Assembly: GCA_021158895.1 (NCBI GenBank)
Contig: JAGGSW010000033.1
Span: forward strand, 1 to 38,381
Source: Candidatus Odinarchaeota archaeon
GTDB lineage: Archaea > Asgardarchaeota > Baldrarchaeia > Baldrarchaeales > DXJG01
Direction of reading: 5' to 3'
Length of the DNA: 38,381 bases
Part shown: positions 1 to 9,725 of the stretch, piece by piece
Layout of the letters: each line of letters begins with the position of its first letter
How positions within the stretch are numbered: position 1 is the first letter of the stretch
Program-made: the position numbers and the translations under genes
The notes under the pieces: generated by a model
Told to the model about the DNA's origin: nothing
The model's database searches: none
What the model saw: only the letters and a program-made list of their open reading frames with translations

Positions 1-120
1 GTTTAAAAATCGTATTTGTTACGTATCCAACTGTCTAGCAAATTATGATTTTTTTACTTGCAAGTTGTTGACAGAAAGTTTAATAAGGGAAAGCTAAGAG
101 GATAGGTTTGGTGATAGATT

Positions 121-282
121 ATGCCTGGTTCACATGGCTCGTTAAGTAAGGCTGGAAAGGTTAGAAATCAGACTCCGAAAGTGGAGGCTAAACCTAGGAG
201 AAGTCCTGTTCCACGTGTGAGAAATAGAAAGAACTATATTAAGTATGTAATTCTTAAAAAGTCTAGTGGACAAGCTATTTGA
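121..282 (+). CDS. rps30e: Ribosomal protein eS30 (S30e), 53 aa. Missing from the supplied ORF track because it is under 60 aa.
   Basis: Hand translation of ATG121..TGA282 gives [53 protein letters not shown]. The N-terminal HGSLxKAGKVRxQTPK block is the eS30 signature. A GGTGAT Shine-Dalgarno-like element lies at 110-115, 5 nt before the ATG. Confidence 0.85.
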   Translation: MPGSHGSLSKAGKVRNQTPKVEAKPRRSPVPRVRNRKNYIKYVILKKSSGQAI

Positions 283-312
283 CATTTCTATTTGACTTTG
301 TTGTTTGTTTAC

Positions 313-318
313 TTTTTT
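313..318 (+). terminator. Oligo-T tract (T6) about 30 nt after the eS30 stop; possible archaeal intrinsic terminator.
   Basis: The sequence acTTTTTTct follows the TGA at 280-282. Archaeal RNA polymerase terminates at oligo-T runs. Confidence 0.3.
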
Positions 319-340
319 CTCATAGAAATACTCATATTTT

Positions 341-376
341 ATTCTGGCTTGTTAGTTTTGTAGAAGAAGCCAGAAT
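341..376. repeat. Perfect 10-bp inverted repeat ATTCTGGCTT / AAGCCAGAAT with a 16-nt spacer.
   Basis: Read directly: 341-350 is the exact reverse complement of 367-376. It sits between the eS30 T-tract and the TATA-like box upstream of elp3. Confidence 0.7.
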
Positions 377-380
377 TTGA

Positions 381-388
381 ATATAATA
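381..388 (+). promoter_or_regulatory. TATA-like box (ATATAATA) upstream of elp3.
   Basis: An AT-rich octamer about 50 nt upstream of the TTG start at 438. A GAGGGA SD-like element lies at 430-435. Confidence 0.3.
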
Positions 389-437
389 AGGTACTATAGA
401 GTGATTTTAATTAAAGCGTAGTTCGATGTGAGGGATA

Positions 438-2039
438 TTGTTGGAAGTTGTTTATAAGGAAATTGTCGAGGAAATTTTGAGCCGTGAAGTTCTAACGGAA
501 GAAGAAGTTAATCGTATTAAAGCTTTAGTTTGTAAAAGGTATGGTTTAGATAGGATGCCTAGTAATTCTGAGATTTTAAATTTTGTTTCTCCCGATTTAA
601 GGGAAAAGTTTCTGAGAATTTTGAAGAAGAAGCCTGTTCGTACAATTTCCGGTATTGCTGTAGTTGCTGTTATGGCTAAACCTTATCCGTGTCCTCATGG
701 CCGTTGTATTTATTGTCCCGGCGGTCCTAATTCTGTTTTTGGCGATGTCCCCCAAAGTTATACTGGCCGTGAACCCGCTACTATGAGAGCTTTGCATAAT
801 GTATTTGACCCTCATGCTCAGGTTAAAAATCGTTTAGAACAGTTGAAAACTATTGGTCACCCTATTGATAAAGTTGAATTAATAATTATGGGCGGTACTT
901 TCCCTGCCTATCCGCTTTGTTATCAAGAGTGGTTTGTTAGACGATGCTTGGACGCTATGAGCAATGAAACAACTTTAACCTTAGAAGAAGCCCAGAATAA
1001 GGCTGAAAAGGCAGCCGTTAGGAATGTTGGCATTACTGTGGAAACTAGACCTGATTATTGTAAAATAGATCACGTGGATCGCATGTTAAAGATGGGAGTT
1101 ACAAGGGTGGAACTCGGTGTACAGACAATTTACAACTACATTTATGAACTGGTTCAAAGAGGACACACGGTAGAGGATGTTGTAGAAGCTACTAGAATAT
1201 TGAAAGATGCAGGGCTTAAAGTAACTTATCATTTGATGCCTGGGCTACCTGGGTCAAGTTTTGAACGTGATATTAGAGTGTTTCAACGTGTTTTCTCCGA
1301 CTCTAGGTTTAAACCTGATGAATTGAAAATTTACCCTACATTAGTTATTCCTGGCACCATTCTATACGATATGTGGCAGAGAGGTGAATACACCCCCTTA
1401 ACCGATGAAGATGTTATTCGACTACTGGTTGAGGTTAAGAGGAAATATATTCCGAGATATGTGCGTATTAAGCGAGTTATGCGTGATATTCCAGCAACAG
1501 TTATAGCTGCTGGACCTAAGAAGGGTAATTTAAGAGAGCTCATTTGGAAAGAACTTAGGAAATTAGGGACACGATGTTACTGTATTCGTTGCCGAGAAGT
1601 TGGCCATGTAATGTTAAAATTAGGATTAGACCCTGACGTTGAAAACATCAAGTTAAAGACTATGATGTATGAGGCATCTGAAGGTATAGAGTTGTTTCTT
1701 TCATACGAAGATATTAAAAACGATATTTTGATAGGTTTTCTTAGATTACGAATACCATCGGAGAAAGCGCACAGACCTGAGATTAGTGAAATGCCTTCAG
1801 CGATTGTTAGAGAATTGCATGTTTACGGGCCTCTTGTGCAGCTTGGAAAAACTCCCAAAAGGAAAGAATGGCAACATAGAGGTTATGGTAAGAAACTATT
1901 AAGAGAAGCTGAGAGAATAGCTAGGGAGGAATTTGATGCCAAAAAGATTTTAGTGACTAGTGGCATAGGGGTAAGAGAATATTATTATTCTTTGGGTTAT
2001 CGAAGAGATGGACCTTATGTTTCTAAATATTTAGTTTGA
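438..2039 (+). CDS. elp3: Elp3-family tRNA uridine(34) acetyltransferase (radical SAM plus GNAT domains).
   Basis: 533 aa. Contains the Elp3-type radical-SAM cluster motif CPHGRCIYCPGG, a C-terminal GNAT region (QHRGYGKKLL), and full-length Elp3-like architecture. The start codon is TTG. Confidence 0.9.
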   Translation: MLEVVYKEIVEEILSREVLTEEEVNRIKALVCKRYGLDRMPSNSEILNFVSPDLREKFLRILKKKPVRTISGIAVVAVMAKPYPCPHGRCIYCPGGPNSVFGDVPQSYTGREPATMRALHNVFDPHAQVKNRLEQLKTIGHPIDKVELIIMGGTFPAYPLCYQEWFVRRCLDAMSNETTLTLEEAQNKAEKAAVRNVGITVETRPDYCKIDHVDRMLKMGVTRVELGVQTIYNYIYELVQRGHTVEDVVEATRILKDAGLKVTYHLMPGLPGSSFERDIRVFQRVFSDSRFKPDELKIYPTLVIPGTILYDMWQRGEYTPLTDEDVIRLLVEVKRKYIPRYVRIKRVMRDIPATVIAAGPKKGNLRELIWKELRKLGTRCYCIRCREVGHVMLKLGLDPDVENIKLKTMMYEASEGIELFLSYEDIKNDILIGFLRLRIPSEKAHRPEISEMPSAIVRELHVYGPLVQLGKTPKRKEWQHRGYGKKLLREAERIAREEFDAKKILVTSGIGVREYYYSLGYRRDGPYVSKYLV

Positions 2040-2050
2040 GGTGAATTAGA

Positions 2051-3430
2051 GTGAGTGAAAATGCTTACGAAGGTTATAGAGGGAAAGCGAGAAAAATTTT
2101 GGAGAAATTTAATGTTAAAGTTTGGAGCGTTGTAGAAATTACCACAACGATAGGCGTTTTTCGCGGTATTATTTTGCCCAGATATCAGCTTGCTGACGAT
2201 AAACATATTACAATTAAGCTTCCCACAGGGTACAATACTGGGTTGAATGTTGACGAAATTATTGAAATAAAAGAAATTGGCTATGAACCTGGACGATACA
2301 AACTTCCATCCCCAAGTGTTAAACCTGATGAAAATAAGCCAAGGATTCCTTTGTTAGGATGCGGAGGTACGATTGCCAGTAGGCTCGATTACCGTAGCGG
2401 CGCTGTCATTCCTGCTTTAACTCCTGAAGAACTTTACAGCATGGTTCCTGAACTAGCAGATATAGCATTCGTATACCCAAGACTTCTATTTGAACTATTT
2501 AGCGAAAATATGACCCCTGAGCATTGGATTAAAATAGCGAAGGAAGTTGAAAAGGAAATTAATGAGAGGGGTGCATACGGAGTTGTTTTGGGTCACGGAA
2601 CAGATACTATGAGCTTTACTGCTGCTATATTATCTTTTATGTTAAGAGATTTGCCTGTTCCTGTCGTATTGGTTGGTTCTCAAAGAAGTAGCGATCGACC
2701 TTCCAGCGACGCTGCTATGAACTTGATAAATGCAGTCACTCTTGCTTCCAAGGGTGATATTGCTGAAGTTACTGTCTGTATGCACGGCACCACAAGTGAT
2801 AATTATTCGCTAATTCATAGAGGCACCAGAGTTAGAAAGATGCATTCTTCCCGTAGAGATGCATTCAGAACCATTGGCGACATACCACTCGGTAAAGTTG
2901 AGAATAGAAAAATAATCATGTTTAAGAAAGATTACAGGAAAAGATCCAGTGGAAACGTTGTTGCAGATATAAAACTTGAGGATCATGTAGCCCTAATATA
3001 TTTTTATCCAGGCATGAAACCAGATGTTATACACCATTTTATTGATACTGGGTACAAAGGGATCGTAATCGCTGGAACTGGCTTAGGACATGTCTCAATT
3101 TACCTTTTTGATGCTATAAAGAGGGCAATTGATGAAAACATCCCAGTTGTTATGTCCACTCAATGCCTCTGGGGCTTTGTAGGCATGAATGTTTATGAAA
3201 CCGGTAGAAATCTCTTAAATTTAGGTGTAATTCCTGCCATGAACATGCTTCCAGAGGTGGCTTACGTGAAATTGATGTGGATCTTAGGACATACGCAAAA
3301 CATGGATGAAATAAGGAAGCTTGTACAAACAAATATTGCTGGTGAGATTAGTGAGGGAGAACCTTATAATGGATACGTTGTCTTACAAGGGGGAATTCCG
3401 GAGGTCGATGAGTTTATTAAACAGCTTTAG
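2051..3430 (+). CDS. gatD: Glutamyl-tRNA(Gln) amidotransferase subunit D (asparaginase-like).
   Basis: 459 aa with asparaginase-type motifs (GCGGTIAS, HGTDTM). The N-terminal GatD-specific domain is present. Convergent with gatE. GTG start. Confidence 0.9.
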   Translation: MSENAYEGYRGKARKILEKFNVKVWSVVEITTTIGVFRGIILPRYQLADDKHITIKLPTGYNTGLNVDEIIEIKEIGYEPGRYKLPSPSVKPDENKPRIPLLGCGGTIASRLDYRSGAVIPALTPEELYSMVPELADIAFVYPRLLFELFSENMTPEHWIKIAKEVEKEINERGAYGVVLGHGTDTMSFTAAILSFMLRDLPVPVVLVGSQRSSDRPSSDAAMNLINAVTLASKGDIAEVTVCMHGTTSDNYSLIHRGTRVRKMHSSRRDAFRTIGDIPLGKVENRKIIMFKKDYRKRSSGNVVADIKLEDHVALIYFYPGMKPDVIHHFIDTGYKGIVIAGTGLGHVSIYLFDAIKRAIDENIPVVMSTQCLWGFVGMNVYETGRNLLNLGVIPAMNMLPEVAYVKLMWILGHTQNMDEIRKLVQTNIAGEISEGEPYNGYVVLQGGIPEVDEFIKQL

Positions 3431-3441
3431 ACCTATTATCA

Positions 3442-5373
3442 TCATTTGTTGGATGTAATCTCTTTTAATTTTTGTTGAAGTATTCTACTAACTGTTGCAC
3501 CGTCAATCTTGCCCCTAACTTTGTTCATAACCATGCCCATTAGGGGACCAAAAGCTCCCATCCCACGTTTTTTGACTAGGTCTAAGTTTTCTTGAATAAT
3601 TTTTTGGATAATTTCCTTAAGTTCATCTTCTGAAATGGCTAAAACCCCTGCCTCCTTTACGATGTAATTTAGATCATGATTTGGATTTTTAGCCCACAAA
3701 GTTAATATGGTGGGAATTGCTTCTTTTGCAAACATTCCACGAGATAGTGCTTCAAACATTTCCCTCAAATGTTTTTCTGTAAGATTTTCTACCGGCACTC
3801 CATCTCTATGTAAAGCTTTTAATGTCTGAAGCAAGGTGGATGCTACAAGAACTGGTGATAACTTGTATTTTTTCACTATTTCTTCAAAAAATCTGTGCAG
3901 TCCATCGTAAACAAGCATTTCTGCGAATTCTTTAGTTAGATTATACTCTTTAATTATTCTTTTTACTGCATCCCAGGGATATTCTGGGAGCTTCTTTCTT
4001 ATTTCTTCTATCCTCTCTCTAGAGATCGTGAAGGGTGGAGTATCTGTATCAGGATATAATCTTGCCTGACCATGCAACTCTCTAATTAAAGAAGATGTTC
4101 CATCTTCTTTTACTTGCCTAGTTTCTTCTAGCACTCCTTTTAAGGCCATTTGGGCGCGCTCAACGACCAATTTTAATGCTCGTCTAGCCTCTTTTTCCTC
4201 GCCGACGACTATTACAGCAGCATCATTCTCAGTTTTTCCTACTTGTTCAAAGAGCTTTTTGATTTCCTCTTCGGAAAAACCGTAAGATACTAGGTTTTCA
4301 TCCGAATGTATTATGCCTTTTAGTGTTGTATAGGCTTTTACCCTGTCTGCAAATTCTGTTCCAAACCTTCTATTTGGCTGTATTTCTCTGCCCAGTAATC
4401 CTCCAAATCCCTTAAGGTTTAAAGCTAGTACTTTTTCTCCTCTCTCTATGGCTTTCTTTACAAATTTACATTTTGTGTTTTTAAATATCTGTGTTACGTC
4501 AACAAAATTCTCCTGAATATCTTCTGATTTTATGTTTCTATTATTAAGTTCTTTTTTTATTTTTATGAGTTCGAGTTGCCTTTTTATTTCCATGTTTATG
4601 GCTTTAGGGATTAAATCTAAAAGCTGTACTCCCTTAAGCTCTACTCTTGCTCCACCTTCAATGCTTACATTAATATCTTGTCTTATGGTTCCTAAGCCTC
4701 TTCTAGCTTTTCCAGTTGCTTTTAAGAGTGTGCCTAAACGCCTTGCAGCTTCTACTACTTCTTGAGGTGTTTTCATATCTGGTCCTGTTACTATTTCTAC
4801 GAGAGGTATTCCAAGTCTGTCAAGCTTATAGTAGACAATTTTTCCTCTACTTTTTTTATCGTCTTTTCTTGCTGCTTCTTCCTCGAGATAAACGTGTAAA
4901 ATACTTATTTTCTTCCCGTCAATGGGGATGTAGCCACCACCGCCCATGTATATTGTTCTTTGAAAGCCGCAAGGAACTGAGCCGTCTAGGTAGTTTTTTC
5001 TGCAGACATGCAGTTCGTCAACGATATTACAGTTTAATAGTAAGCAGATCATGATTGCTATATCTACAGCTTCCTTGTTTGGCGGAAATGGTGGTGTTTC
5101 ATCGAATTCATATGAACATGTGGTGTCATTGTATCCTTCATAAATTATGGTTAGTCCTTTTTCGAATTCTCTTAGCATGGCTTTATCAAATTCTCCCATT
5201 TCTCCCATAACTGGCCTAAAAAATCTTTTAACGTAGAAGTCAGGCTCATCTGTACGAAGAAGTACCGGACAACGGCAAAAAAGTTTTTTCTTTGTATCAA
5301 GTTGGACGTGAATCTCCAAACCAGCCTTAAACCCAAGTTTTTCGTAGTCAAATTCTTGTGTCATATTTTTCAC
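3442..5373 (-). CDS. gatE: Glutamyl-tRNA(Gln) amidotransferase subunit E.
   Basis: 643 aa. The N-terminus DYEKLGFKAGLEIHVQL and the C-terminal YqeY/GatB-like tail are typical of archaeal GatE. Confidence 0.9.
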   Translation of the reverse strand: MKNMTQEFDYEKLGFKAGLEIHVQLDTKKKLFCRCPVLLRTDEPDFYVKRFFRPVMGEMGEFDKAMLREFEKGLTIIYEGYNDTTCSYEFDETPPFPPNKEAVDIAIMICLLLNCNIVDELHVCRKNYLDGSVPCGFQRTIYMGGGGYIPIDGKKISILHVYLEEEAARKDDKKSRGKIVYYKLDRLGIPLVEIVTGPDMKTPQEVVEAARRLGTLLKATGKARRGLGTIRQDINVSIEGGARVELKGVQLLDLIPKAINMEIKRQLELIKIKKELNNRNIKSEDIQENFVDVTQIFKNTKCKFVKKAIERGEKVLALNLKGFGGLLGREIQPNRRFGTEFADRVKAYTTLKGIIHSDENLVSYGFSEEEIKKLFEQVGKTENDAAVIVVGEEKEARRALKLVVERAQMALKGVLEETRQVKEDGTSSLIRELHGQARLYPDTDTPPFTISRERIEEIRKKLPEYPWDAVKRIIKEYNLTKEFAEMLVYDGLHRFFEEIVKKYKLSPVLVASTLLQTLKALHRDGVPVENLTEKHLREMFEALSRGMFAKEAIPTILTLWAKNPNHDLNYIVKEAGVLAISEDELKEIIQKIIQENLDLVKKRGMGAFGPLMGMVMNKVRGKIDGATVSRILQQKLKEITSNK

Positions 5374-5397
5374 CTATTTTTCGATTTTATCTTTAAT

Positions 5398-6360
5398 TTA
5401 CTCAAGGAATTCTACGGTGTCTATTATTCCATCACTATCCTCATCTATTCCTTTAACCACTCTTGCTGGGACATCCGGGTTGTAAAAGTTATTTTCAGCA
5501 ACTTCATCAAGATGTTTAACAAAGGCAATTATTGCTGCTCGCGTACCCCAGTATCGTTTTCCAGCCAAGATTAGGATGCGAGTTTCATCAGGGTTGAAGG
5601 GATTGGGTATTTTAACGATTATGCCGCATTCATCCTCGTAATATGTTTTGTTAGAGATTTTTGAAACGATGCGACTTTGATGCATTATGTCAAAATATAT
5701 AGGTAATTTTTCGTTTATTTTATATGTAACTGTATTAACAATTGGCCCGCCGACCAATATTAGGTTTCTTTTCATGTCTCCCTCCCTTATTTCTGTATCT
5801 AATCGAGTAATAAATTCTGGTTCGCAACGGGAAATTGATCCAAGAAATAGAGCTAAGTCTACTGCGTAATGTCCATCTCTTGCTTGACTTCTATATGGAC
5901 CGTGAGAATCCGGACTTCCAATAACGATAAGGGTATCTAATTTTCCGTTCTTCACATGAGGATATAGAAACTGTCTGGATTTTTCACTTAGCGGGATAGC
6001 GGGTAAAGGAAATTCTTCAACATCTCTTGGTTCAGCTAGGTTTAGTACTAGGTTGAGTGATTCTACTACGTAATATTTGGCTACAGCCCCCTTTTTTTCC
6101 TCTCTTTTTTGAAGCTTTATAAGACCGGTTTTTTCTAATAGTTTAATATGATAATATATGGTTTGTTCATCAACCTTAAGGTAGTTGGCTAATTGACGTG
6201 AATACATTGGTTGAGAAGCAAGTGTTTTTAAAATTTTTAATCTTAATGGATTAGCGACCGCCAATATCTTATTAAAGTCATCAAGTAATGTGGCTGGAGT
6301 TGCAACGTACTTTCCTTCTTTTTTAAATAATATGTAGGGTTCCAATGAATACCCCTCCAT
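5398..6360 (-). CDS. ArsR-type winged-helix transcriptional regulator fused to an uncharacterised C-terminal domain of about 200 aa.
   Basis: Residues about 35-100 (NPLRLKILKTLASQPMYSRQLANYLKVDEQTIYYHIKLLEKTGLI) form a classic ArsR/HTH_20 pattern. I cannot assign the C-terminal alpha/beta region (LIVIGSPDSHGPY..., LILVGGPIVN..., ILILAGKRYWGTRAA). Confidence 0.6.
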   Translation of the reverse strand: MEGYSLEPYILFKKEGKYVATPATLLDDFNKILAVANPLRLKILKTLASQPMYSRQLANYLKVDEQTIYYHIKLLEKTGLIKLQKREEKKGAVAKYYVVESLNLVLNLAEPRDVEEFPLPAIPLSEKSRQFLYPHVKNGKLDTLIVIGSPDSHGPYRSQARDGHYAVDLALFLGSISRCEPEFITRLDTEIREGDMKRNLILVGGPIVNTVTYKINEKLPIYFDIMHQSRIVSKISNKTYYEDECGIIVKIPNPFNPDETRILILAGKRYWGTRAAIIAFVKHLDEVAENNFYNPDVPARVVKGIDEDSDGIIDTVEFLE

Positions 6361-6593
6361 ACAAATATATTTTATAATATTATAAATTGTTTTATAATAG
6401 TTACCATAAAATTCCTCGATAGCTTTAGATAACTTAAAAGTAATTTTTGACTTTCCAGTCGTCTAAAAGGGTTTTGGCTTTTGGAACAATTCGTTATATG
6501 TAAAAAGATGACTTAAACAATTCTAAATGTATTCTTAATAATGTTTAATTAGGTTACTAAAAATATCCCCCTATCAGCGTTGGAGGTTTATCA

Positions 6594-8411
6594 GTGTGCG
6601 GTATTATCGGTATTGTTTCGAATGATCGACATGTTGCAAGCTTACTAAGAGAGTGTCTTAAGAGATTGGAGTATCGTGGATATGATTCTGTGGGAATAAC
6701 AACAATATATAATTCTACATTACACACTAAAAAAGATAAGGGTAAAATTGATGAAATACATCAGAAATTAAATTTTGATACGCTTCCTGGACATATAGGT
6801 ATAGGACATACTAGATGGGCGACACATGGTCCTCCTTCGAAGCGTAATGCTCATCCACATATGGACTGTACGAGGAAAATAGCTGTTGTACACAACGGGA
6901 TCATAGAGAATTTTTTAGAGCTGAGAAAGCAACTTGAAGAAAAAGGTCATGTATTCCAATCAGACACCGATACTGAAGTTATTCCGCATTTAATTGAGGA
7001 ATATATAGCAACGGGTTACAATTTGGCAGATGCTGTGCGAGAAGCACTTAAGCAATTAAAGGGCTCGTACGCTATAGCTGTTATATATGCTGAAGAACCA
7101 GATAAGATTGTTTGTGCTAGGAAAGATAGCCCCTTAGTTATTGGAATTGGTGAAAAAGCTGTCTATTGCGCATCCGATATACCAGCCTTCTTACCAATGA
7201 CCAACAAGGTAATTTTTCTTAATGACGGCGAACTTGCAATATTGACGCCCTATAGTGTGACTGTACAAAATCTTGAAGGTGAAGTTTTAACGAAGGAAAT
7301 CAAAATCATTAACTGGACTGCAGAGATGGCCCAAAAAGGAGGATTTCCTCATTTCGTTTTAAAAGAAATTCACGAACAACCTAGAGCAATAAGAGACACC
7401 CTAAGGACACGACAGGAATACGTGGATGTTTTTGTTGAAAGCATAATGAAAGCAAAGCGAATATATTTTGTAGCTGCTGGAACTTCTTACCACGCAGGAT
7501 TAACTGCCACGTACATGTTTTCAAAGCTTGCAAAAACATATTCACAAGCAGTAATTGCCTCTGAGTTTCCAGAGTTTATTGGTGAAACTTTAGATGAAGA
7601 TACTGTGATTGTAGCAATAACTCAATCAGGTGAAACAGCAGACACATTGACCGCCGTAAGACATGCAACGAAATATGGTGCAAAAATTTTGGCAATAACA
7701 AATGTCTTAGGAAGTTCAATAACAAGACATGCTCATCACACCTTCTACATGCAGGCAGGACCAGAAATAGGCGTAGTAGCAACAAAAACTTTTACAACTC
7801 AACTCGCAACTTTAGCATTAATAACAATAAACCTAGCAAGACAAAATGGAGCATTAACAGACATGGAAGCAAAGCAACTATTTGAGGAACTATACCAGAT
7901 ACCAGCGAAGGTAAAGGAGATTATAGAAACCCATGAAGAAAGAGCAAAAACTCTTGCAGAGAAATGCTATCTTAAGAATAATTTTTATTTCCTAGGAAGG
8001 GGAATAAGCACTGCAACAGCATTAGAAGGCGCTCTGAAACTTAAAGAAATATCGTATATTCATGCAGAAGGATACCCAGCAGGTGAATCAAAACATGGTC
8101 CCATAGCTCTTATAGAACCGGGTTATCCATGCGTCTTTATAGCACCAATGGACGAAACTCATAAGCATATAATAGGAAATATTATGGAGATGAAAGCAAG
8201 AGGTGCGGAAATAATAGCGGTAATAGATAAAAGCGATCAAGACGTGTTACAACTAGCAGATACTGCCTTTAAAATGCCATCTACACCCGCTATATTCACA
8301 CCAATAACCTACATCATCCCTCTTCAACTATTCGCCTATTATGTAGCAGTAAAAAGAGGGGTTGATCCAGATAAACCTCGTAACTTAGCAAAATCAGTAA
8401 CAGTAGTTTAA
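6594..8411 (+). CDS. glmS: Glutamine--fructose-6-phosphate aminotransferase (isomerising).
   Basis: 605 aa. GTG start followed by the catalytic Cys (MCGIIG), two SIS domains, and a C-terminal KPRNLAKSVTVV. GGAGG lies at 6582-6586. Confidence 0.95.
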   Translation: MCGIIGIVSNDRHVASLLRECLKRLEYRGYDSVGITTIYNSTLHTKKDKGKIDEIHQKLNFDTLPGHIGIGHTRWATHGPPSKRNAHPHMDCTRKIAVVHNGIIENFLELRKQLEEKGHVFQSDTDTEVIPHLIEEYIATGYNLADAVREALKQLKGSYAIAVIYAEEPDKIVCARKDSPLVIGIGEKAVYCASDIPAFLPMTNKVIFLNDGELAILTPYSVTVQNLEGEVLTKEIKIINWTAEMAQKGGFPHFVLKEIHEQPRAIRDTLRTRQEYVDVFVESIMKAKRIYFVAAGTSYHAGLTATYMFSKLAKTYSQAVIASEFPEFIGETLDEDTVIVAITQSGETADTLTAVRHATKYGAKILAITNVLGSSITRHAHHTFYMQAGPEIGVVATKTFTTQLATLALITINLARQNGALTDMEAKQLFEELYQIPAKVKEIIETHEERAKTLAEKCYLKNNFYFLGRGISTATALEGALKLKEISYIHAEGYPAGESKHGPIALIEPGYPCVFIAPMDETHKHIIGNIMEMKARGAEIIAVIDKSDQDVLQLADTAFKMPSTPAIFTPITYIIPLQLFAYYVAVKRGVDPDKPRNLAKSVTVV

Positions 8412-8553
8412 CCTAATTTAACAACTATTTAAATTATTTACGAATTCTTTTGCAGGTTTTGCAGCAATAACTTAAGTTGAAGAGAAGTTCATAGAAATGT
8501 AGATATAATGCTTAGTATCTTAGTTTTATTGGTAGTAATCGGAGGTTTATGAT

Positions 8554-9675
8554 TTGTGGATGATTTATAGGCCTGATGCTGTTACTGTTTGGCGTAATTC
8601 CGAAGTTAAGGATAGGCTTAGTCGGTATTATGCAATTATGAACGATAAATTACCTGCTAAGTTTCTAGTTGCAAAAAAGGTTTCGGTTAACGTGGATTTA
8701 AATGAAAATATTGAAAAGCTTTGGTATATACACGAGAAAACTAGTGAGAAGTTTAGGTCTTTACTTAAGAAAATAGATGCTGGTGAGGTCAATCTTGAGA
8801 ATTTAGATACTCCTAAGGTTTCTTATCTGGATCTAAAAATAGAAATCGCTTACCGTATTCTTCAAAAATGTTGCTTTTGTGAAAGGCGATGTAAAGTCAA
8901 TAGATTAAGAGGGGAAAGAGGTTTTTGTAGGATTGATGGGAAAGCAAGAGTTTCTACAGCTTTTCTCCATATGGGAGAAGAAGCTCCACTAGTTCCTTCT
9001 GGGACAATCTTTTTTGCTGGATGTAATTTTGGCCCTTGTGTTTTCTGTCAGAACTACGATATTTCAAATTATCCCGAAAATGGTGAAGAGGTAACACCGG
9101 AAAAACTAGCTAGAATTGTTAACAGTCTCAAAAGGGAAGGTGCGCGGAACGTCAATTGGGTAGGTGGAGAACCTACACCAAATGCGTATCATATAATTGC
9201 TTCTATGAAGCATACTACTGTAAATATTGCCCAACTATGGAATTCTAATATGTATTGTTCAAAGGAATTAATGAAACTACTTTTAGATATCATTGATTTT
9301 TGGCTTCCGGATTTCAAATACGGAAATGACAAATGTGCTGAGCGTCTCTCAAAGGTTTCAAACTATTGGAATATAGTTTCCAGAAATCATAAGATGGCTT
9401 ACGATGAAACTGTCGCACAGGGCACATCTGGTATGATCATTAGACATTTAGTATTACCGAACCATGTAGAATGCTGCACCCGTCCGATATTAGAATGGAT
9501 AGCTAAAAACTGCCCCAAAGCATTAGTAAACATCATGGGACAATACCGACCCCTATTTCAAGTCCCAGGAAACCCAGAATATAGCGATATAGATAGGCGC
9601 CCCACGGGAAAGGAAATGGAAAAGGCATACAAAATTGCAGACGAATTAAATATTTTGTGGAGACCGGTTAGCTGA
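8554..9675 (+). CDS. Radical SAM protein, PflX-like (COG1313-type pyruvate formate-lyase activase homologue).
   Basis: 373 aa. The motifs CERRCKVNRLRGERGFC...HMGEEAPL...GTIFFAGCNFGPCVFCQNYDIS match the PflX pattern. The start is TTG 8554 (8 nt after GGAGG) or ATG 8560. Confidence 0.75.
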   Translation: MWMIYRPDAVTVWRNSEVKDRLSRYYAIMNDKLPAKFLVAKKVSVNVDLNENIEKLWYIHEKTSEKFRSLLKKIDAGEVNLENLDTPKVSYLDLKIEIAYRILQKCCFCERRCKVNRLRGERGFCRIDGKARVSTAFLHMGEEAPLVPSGTIFFAGCNFGPCVFCQNYDISNYPENGEEVTPEKLARIVNSLKREGARNVNWVGGEPTPNAYHIIASMKHTTVNIAQLWNSNMYCSKELMKLLLDIIDFWLPDFKYGNDKCAERLSKVSNYWNIVSRNHKMAYDETVAQGTSGMIIRHLVLPNHVECCTRPILEWIAKNCPKALVNIMGQYRPLFQVPGNPEYSDIDRRPTGKEMEKAYKIADELNILWRPVS

Positions 9676-9725
9676 ATATTTAAACTATCAACACGGAGTA
9701 AACGAAGTGCATAAGTGAAGAAAAG

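Noticed and set aside
6361-6593. Possible glmS ribozyme/riboswitch upstream of glmS.
   Set aside because: The leader is AT-rich with no conserved pseudoknotted core that I can recognise. As far as I know, the glmS ribozyme is a bacterial element and is not expected in archaea.
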